Position numbers and translations under genes: made by a program
Source of the DNA: a virus
Taxonomy: Duplodnaviria; Caudoviricetes
Virus record (IMG/VR): IMGVR_UViG_3300025018_000289
Span: 1-38,177 of that record
Reading direction: 5' to 3' (one strand)
DNA: 38,177 bases
The notes under the pieces: generated by a model
The model's input: the letters and a program-made list of their open reading frames with translations, nothing else
Told to the model about the DNA's origin: nothing
Database searches by the model: none
Part shown: positions 33,647 through 38,177 of the stretch, piece by piece
How the letters are laid out: every line of letters begins with the position of its first letter
How positions within the stretch are numbered: the first letter of the stretch is position 1

Positions 33647-33847
33647 TTATTTTCCGAGAACTCTTCTCGCGTTCATCTTCTTCGATCGCGGATCGCGCGC
33701 CGGAAGAGTGAGCTCCTTCTTCTTTTCGAGTTCGACCAGCGCCAGCTCCACGATGGCCGTCATAGAGATTCCGAAACGGGTGCTGAGCTTCGCTGCGCGT
33801 TTGTGTGAGCTGTCGTATACTTTGATTGTCCGTTGGTTTGTTTTCAT
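33647..33847 (-). CDS. Cro-like ribbon-helix-helix regulator, probably leaderless
   Basis: MKTNQRTIKVYDSSHKRAAKLSTRFGISMTAIVELAL: beta strand then two helices; first gene of the early operon. Confidence 0.75.
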   Translation of the reverse strand: MKTNQRTIKVYDSSHKRAAKLSTRFGISMTAIVELALVELEKKKELTLPARDPRSKKMNARRVLGK

Positions 33848-33854
33848 GGTGCGC

Positions 33855-33883
33855 AGTATGCACACCAAGCGAACACCACGCAA
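33855..33883 (-). promoter_or_regulatory. Early (lytic) sigma70 promoter TTGCGT-N17-CATACT with TGGTGT direct repeats in the spacer
   Basis: -10 lies 7 nt before the ATG at 33847; ACACCA at 33862 and 33873 (11-bp spacing). Confidence 0.7.
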
Positions 33884-33894
33884 CAACAAAATAA

Positions 33895-33927
33895 ACACTT
33901 TTGAAAAAGTGTCCACTTTGCTATATT
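33895..33927 (+). promoter_or_regulatory. Repressor promoter/operator: palindrome ACACTTTT-GA-AAAAGTGT and extended -10 TGCTATATT
   Basis: Perfect 8-bp inverted repeat at 33895-33912 overlapping TTGAAA. Confidence 0.6.
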
Positions 33928-33945
33928 GCGGCAAATGGAGGGATC

Positions 33946-34410
33946 ATGAGAACGAAAGGCAATAAGACTGTACGTATCAGCAATCAATCGGTGAGTATCT
34001 TGAACAAGCTATGCACCCGTTTTAATCTTTCTCAGTCGCAGGTAGTAGACTCGGCAGTGTCAGAATTTGAGCGCTGGTACCAAAACGCCCAAAGGGCGCC
34101 TGTTCCTTCCTTCACAAATAGCAATGTTGGTGTTGTTGTTATGGGTGATAATCATGCGGCAATATCTGGTGATGCCTCCAATTTCACGGAAGATCCTATA
34201 GTTGATATGCATGATGATTACGTGGAAAAGATTCATCAAATTGCGGATTGGATGGAAGTCGCTGGTACATCTGTTGTAACTGAGATTTACCGTTTGGCAA
34301 AGAAAAGGGGATATGACGGTAAATCTCCTGTATCTGTGTTGAGATCGCGAAAGAACCTAAATGGGGAAGGTGACAAGAAGTTAGGAGCAAAAACAAAGAG
34401 AGCGAGGTGA
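33946..34410 (+). CDS. CI-position repressor with an N-terminal ribbon-helix-helix domain
   Basis: MRTKGNKTVRISNQSVSILNKLCTRFNLSQSQVVDSAV; divergent from the early operon; GGAGG RBS. Confidence 0.75.
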   Translation: MRTKGNKTVRISNQSVSILNKLCTRFNLSQSQVVDSAVSEFERWYQNAQRAPVPSFTNSNVGVVVMGDNHAAISGDASNFTEDPIVDMHDDYVEKIHQIADWMEVAGTSVVTEIYRLAKKRGYDGKSPVSVLRSRKNLNGEGDKKLGAKTKRAR

Positions 34411-34414
34411 AGAA

Positions 34415-35128
34415 ATGAAGAAACTTTCGATCATAGAGAAGGGTTGCTTTGCCTTGATCGGCCTTGTGATTGTAGCAATTGGGATTTCGCTGATCCCGAA
34501 ACCCAAAGAGCCAAAGAAACTTTCACCGGAGCTGCAAGCTCAATACGAAAAGCGCATGGCGGAGAAGGCTGCCGCCGAAAGGGCGCATGCTGAGCAGCAA
34601 GCTGAACGAGATCAGCAGGAAGCGGAGACGCGGCAAACCGCTGTTTCACGTAAAAAGGATTATGGCATGCCCCCGCCTGCCACAGGCTTGAACGTACCAG
34701 CGTTTTTTGGCCTATCGAGGCAAACATTAGGGGAGAATTCCGCTTTCAGAGGGGAGGGCAACACAATAGAACCTTGCCTTGAATGGAAAAAGGTTATCTT
34801 GAGCTTCAACGAACAAGGCTGCCTGAATTCTATAGCATTTATACCTTACGATCCTATTCCTATTCAGCATGTTAGGACTCTTTCCGAACAATCCTTTGGG
34901 GTGTTGTTACTAGACAAATACATGTTTAAGTCGTCTCTGGTGTGTTCTTTCTCGAAAATGCCTGGCCTCGTGAGAACCGTAAACTGTCATGGGTCAAAAG
35001 ACGAACAGGGAACATTCATGGTTAATTCTATTGGTTATATTTACAACATCGAATGGCGCGAAACGGCAAGCGAAGGCTTGTCAAGAGCACGCCTAGAGTT
35101 CGCGGTTTGGTCCGCGCAGAACCCTTAA
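34415..35128 (+). CDS. Membrane-anchored protein co-transcribed with the repressor (possible superinfection exclusion)
   Basis: N-terminal TM helix, coiled coil, lower GC content. Confidence 0.65.
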   Translation: MKKLSIIEKGCFALIGLVIVAIGISLIPKPKEPKKLSPELQAQYEKRMAEKAAAERAHAEQQAERDQQEAETRQTAVSRKKDYGMPPPATGLNVPAFFGLSRQTLGENSAFRGEGNTIEPCLEWKKVILSFNEQGCLNSIAFIPYDPIPIQHVRTLSEQSFGVLLLDKYMFKSSLVCSFSKMPGLVRTVNCHGSKDEQGTFMVNSIGYIYNIEWRETASEGLSRARLEFAVWSAQNP

Positions 35129-35192
35129 AGAGCTGCGGGAGGTGTAGCGAATGAGTGAGGGGCCACGGAATGAAAGCAAGGAAGGGGAAGGG

Positions 35193-35442
35193 GATGAATA
35201 TTGAAGACAAGATCAAGGATCTTGAACAGAGAATCGATGCTTTATTGTTTATCGTGGGCGCTATTGCCGAGAGGCTTCCCGACAAAGAAGCATCTCAAAT
35301 TTACCTGTATCTGGATTCGGCACTGAGCTCCGGAGTCTATGACCAGAAGCCAGGCGAGAAAGGCGTCTTAAGCAACGTTTGCGACATTTTGCGACGTGCT
35401 CTGGGGGCAGTCCCCGGCCAAGAACCGCCCAGTGACGTTTGA
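35193..35442 (+). CDS. Small hypothetical protein (MNIEDKIKDLEQRIDALL...)
   Basis: Purine-rich RBS; last gene of the plus-strand unit. Confidence 0.5.
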
Positions 35443-35629
35443 TCATTCCCTTAACCACTTCGATGTCTTCCTTGTCGAAAACTATCATCTCAACCTTCAA
35501 TCTCGTCTATGTCGCGTAGAAGACGATTCATCCTTGCTCGCTGTACTGCTGGATCAGCAATCTCATCCAGTAACCGAAAAGCCACCTGATACGCCTGACG
35601 ATACATCTTGCGACGCTTAAAATAGTTCA

Positions 35630-36046
35630 TCATTTCCCCTCCAACATCTGCCAGGCACGGCCGACGACGGCTGTTGAGTACCGCTTTGCGATGAGGGTCT
35701 TAATCAGCGACAGATCCTCGGCCTGCAGGTCAGGCTTATCGTCCTCGTAAATCTTCCTTGCCAGGCACCAGCGCCGGGTCTTCTCCTGGCCGGATAGCTC
35801 AGTTTCATCCTTGTAGACGCCCATGAGCGCCCCACAGGCTGCCTCTCTCAGTGTAAGGGGTGTAGACACCGCCTCAACGGCTTTTGCTAGGTCCTGCGCC
35901 GAGATAGAGGCGTTCAGCGACGCCAGGCGAACGATAGCCTCGGATGCCTTCAGCCCGTCCGGACCGAGTAGCGGGGTGTTGTCGTAATTCGTGATAGCCT
36001 TAGTTACATCGATCTGCATCATGCCTCCTTTATTGATATCCGACAC
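35630..36046 (-). CDS. Hypothetical phage protein (start possibly MMQID near 36022)
   Basis: AAGGAGG RBS before MMQID. Confidence 0.7.
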   Translation of the reverse strand: MSDINKGGMMQIDVTKAITNYDNTPLLGPDGLKASEAIVRLASLNASISAQDLAKAVEAVSTPLTLREAACGALMGVYKDETELSGQEKTRRWCLARKIYEDDKPDLQAEDLSLIKTLIAKRYSTAVVGRAWQMLEGK

Positions 36047-36057
36047 ATGTGTCGTAT

Positions 36058-36444
36058 TTAATGCCTGAAAGGCCGTTTAATCAGTTGCCAGCCGAAAGTA
36101 GCAGAACCCCATAACCGCGCCCGGATCTTGCGGCCCTCAGCTTTTAGAATGTCATGCAGCACCATCGAGCTCTGCAGGACTGTGATCGGCGATCCATCAT
36201 CCCACCGCCAGCGCTCGCAGATCACATCGTGCACCCACCATGCAAAACTCGCCACATCGATCACGCCGGTGGCGCCGTCAGACCAGAACCCCTTGTTAAC
36301 GGTGATCCATTTGCCGTACCGCTCGGAATAATAGCTGACGGTAAGCTCGCATCTGTAGCGGATCTTCACCCTCTTGCCGTAATGCCACCGGTGAATTGAG
36401 TAATGGATCTGCCACAGATATTCGGCTTTGTCAGGTTCCATCAC
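36058..36444 (-). CDS. DUF1353-like protein
   Basis: ITV.KGF.SDGAT...WWVHD..C motif. Confidence 0.7.
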   Translation of the reverse strand: MMEPDKAEYLWQIHYSIHRWHYGKRVKIRYRCELTVSYYSERYGKWITVNKGFWSDGATGVIDVASFAWWVHDVICERWRWDDGSPITVLQSSMVLHDILKAEGRKIRARLWGSATFGWQLIKRPFRH

Positions 36445-36659
36445 GGCGTAACCCCCTCAACAATCATAGCCGCCGGCACCCGGCGCAGCGGGCAGTTCAT
36501 CGGCGGGTCCACGTGTAGCACGCTGGTTTCCTCATAAGCACAGCGGACCGGTTCATTCAGTGTTGCGTACTCACAATCGTAAACCTGGTTGCCGGCACCG
36601 GAAAGCGGGCAGCGCTCAGGATAGTAGCTAATCCCATTATGTTGGGCTTTAATTCTCAT
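36441..36659 (-). CDS. Small Cys-rich protein
   Basis: CPL...C...C...CPL; coupled to both neighbours. Confidence 0.6.
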   Translation of the reverse strand: MRIKAQHNGISYYPERCPLSGAGNQVYDCEYATLNEPVRCAYEETSVLHVDPPMNCPLRRVPAAMIVEGVTP

Positions 36660-37018
36660 AAGTGCCTCAGAAAGGGCAATACATCAAGCGGCGTCAATCC
36701 GACCAGCGCACACCAAGCCATAAACGCAGCCAATACCAGCGCGACAGAAAGAGGGGAGTGCATTGCAACTTTTTTCAGCACAGCGGTCCATGTGACGGGC
36801 GTTATGGCATCAGTTGCGAGCTTGTCATTCAAAAGGCTCAACTCATCAAATATGCTGTTGAGTTTTTCGTATACCAGATCCAGTACCGAGGCCGTGAGCG
36901 TGATTAGAGTGACGACGGCCGCATGATTCTGGTCACTGCAGCCAGGCATCGCCTCGACTCGCTGGGCTGCCTTGCGGAGCTGCTCTAAGGTTAAACGCTC
37001 GTCTGGCATGATAGTCAT
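36656..37018 (-). CDS. Holin-like membrane protein
   Basis: C-terminal TM segment LSVALVLAAFMAWCALVGL; position in the lysis region. Confidence 0.5.
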   Translation of the reverse strand: MTIMPDERLTLEQLRKAAQRVEAMPGCSDQNHAAVVTLITLTASVLDLVYEKLNSIFDELSLLNDKLATDAITPVTWTAVLKKVAMHSPLSVALVLAAFMAWCALVGLTPLDVLPFLRHL

Positions 37019-37530
37019 CTTCTTTCTACCTCCACCGCGGCAGGCAGCCTGCCGCTTGCGTTTATTCGCTCAGCCTTAAACCACCCTGCAGCCTTGCCGC
37101 TCGCATCGTACAGGATGCATGTTGCAGGCTCCACCAGGGCGATAGATAGCGGCATGGTGTAGGAGGGACGCTTACTCCCGTTGTCGCCATCAAACGATCG
37201 GAACTCAGCGCGGTTGCCGTTGGCTAGACAATACGAGCCAGATCCAAGGTTGAGTGTGCGCGCAAAGTACGACGGCCAGCGGATACGCCACGTCTGATCA
37301 TGCTCCTTACGAGCCAATGACCAGTGCTCGCTAATGCTGTTAGGCAAATCCGGCCCAACATCCGGGTTTATTGGTAGCGTGTTGGCGGGCGGCACAGGCT
37401 TTGGATCCGGGGTAATCCAATCCCTAATTGACGCACATCCAAGAGCGCTCAGGCATACGACTCCATAAAGCAGCACGCAATTACGCAGCGCGATAAATAC
37501 CTTCACGCGATCCCCCACATTTCTCGGCAC
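37015..37530 (-). CDS. Predicted lipoprotein
   Basis: Hydrophobic stretch ending LSALG|C, followed by a Pro-rich tether. Confidence 0.6.
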   Translation of the reverse strand: MPRNVGDRVKVFIALRNCVLLYGVVCLSALGCASIRDWITPDPKPVPPANTLPINPDVGPDLPNSISEHWSLARKEHDQTWRIRWPSYFARTLNLGSGSYCLANGNRAEFRSFDGDNGSKRPSYTMPLSIALVEPATCILYDASGKAAGWFKAERINASGRLPAAVEVERR

Positions 37531-38144
37531 ATCGACCGGTGCAGCGTCTCACTCATAACTCCGATCCCATTCCATCCCCATTTGAGCCCCCACGAATTCT
37601 CGATATATACCCACCGCGGTTTCAGCATCCCATTGGGCAGTTTATCGATTGCACCGTGTCCAACGATCAGGACCGCGTGATAACCCCTTGACGGCGTCTT
37701 GACCTGGTGATCCAGACATCCTTGCGCGCTGACTCCATCCCAGGCGCCGGTGATCTCGTATCCAGCAATCAGCGGCTGCGTGGTTAAGGCCGCCAGGGAT
37801 CCGGCCCTGACGAGCGCCTTGGAACCCGGCAGCCAGCCGGCATCGCGGACCGCCGCAAATGCATCAGAGAATGTGAGCCCGGATGTTGTGCGGTTAAGCT
37901 TCCGGAGTGTGGCGGCATAAAGCTCCAGGCAGTCGTTGTTTGAGATAGACTTGCCGTGCATCACCTCGGCCCAGTTGGCAAGGGCAAATATTGCGCAGGC
38001 GCCCTCACGGCCTTGATCGTCGCCAACCTTGCAGCGCGATATCCAGGATACGTCCGGCCCATCACGCAGCGGCCCCGCTGTGAGAATAGGCGCTTCCTCA
38101 GACGAAAGCAACAACCCGCCGTTACGAGTATCAACGTTTAACAT
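37503..38144 (-). CDS. Papain-family (C1) cysteine peptidase
   Basis: DQGREGACAIFA (Gln oxyanion, catalytic Cys), GYHAVLIVG (His) and IENSWG..WG.NG (Asn). Confidence 0.9.
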   Translation of the reverse strand: MLNVDTRNGGLLLSSEEAPILTAGPLRDGPDVSWISRCKVGDDQGREGACAIFALANWAEVMHGKSISNNDCLELYAATLRKLNRTTSGLTFSDAFAAVRDAGWLPGSKALVRAGSLAALTTQPLIAGYEITGAWDGVSAQGCLDHQVKTPSRGYHAVLIVGHGAIDKLPNGMLKPRWVYIENSWGLKWGWNGIGVMSETLHRSMCREMWGIA

Positions 38145-38177
38145 TGGGGACCTCCTCCGTTACGGGATCCAGCATCT
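37996..38177 (+). repeat. Terminal direct repeat, right copy
   Basis: Matches 1..182 with one mismatch. Confidence 0.97.

Larger units (their letters stand above)
1..38177. mobile_element. Complete circularly permuted temperate siphovirus-like bacteriophage genome (~37,995 bp unit length)
   Basis: Terminal overlap. Full set of terminase, portal, capsid, tail, replication, recombinase and repressor-like modules. No host housekeeping genes. Confidence 0.92.

Noticed and set aside
3467-34758. KOPS-like GGGNAGGG octamers on the plus strand (3467, 10458, 16729, 22163, 27361, 34751) as targets of the FtsK-gamma fusion
   Set aside because: A rough estimate gives about 4 expected per strand at this GC content. 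I could not count the other strand exhaustively, and the host KOPS sequence is unknown.

Overview
The window is an apparently complete, circularly permuted temperate tailed-phage genome of about 37,995 bp. Bases 1..182 repeat at 37996..38177 with one mismatch. Nearly all genes are on the minus strand. In transcription order: (1) a divergent ribbon-helix-helix switch near 33.6-34.4 kb; (2) an early recombination/replication operon with RecT-like protein, 3'-5' exonuclease, SSB-like protein, ERCC4 nuclease, a RecD2 helicase split over two genes, TOPRIM primase-helicase, iteron origin, PD-(D/E)XK nuclease, Zn-finger/sigma4 protein and a DUF3102-FtsK-gamma fusion; (3) a large serine recombinase; (4) TerS, TerL, portal, scaffold, decoration protein, capsid, head-tail protein and MuF; (5) a siphovirus-like tail; (6) an atypical lysis region with lipoproteins, a papain-like peptidase, a holin-like protein and DUF1353. 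Four signals stand out. First, the MuF protein has a C-terminal BECR-like nuclease domain and no immunity ORF, but it converges on a ~75-nt sRNA gene with its own sigma70 promoter, two hairpins, a potential kissing loop and a terminator (candidate RNA antitoxin). Second, a compact motif TT(G/T)A-N6-GGCCA(T/C)-N4-RT occurs 7 times with identical spacing ahead of morphogenesis genes, four times directly abutting the start codon. Third, three virion-module proteins carry Sec signal peptides and are rich in [ST]N dipeptides. Fourth, several structured RNAs cluster around control of the recombinase and the putative late activator. All protein calls come from motif recognition and synteny by eye; no database search was run.
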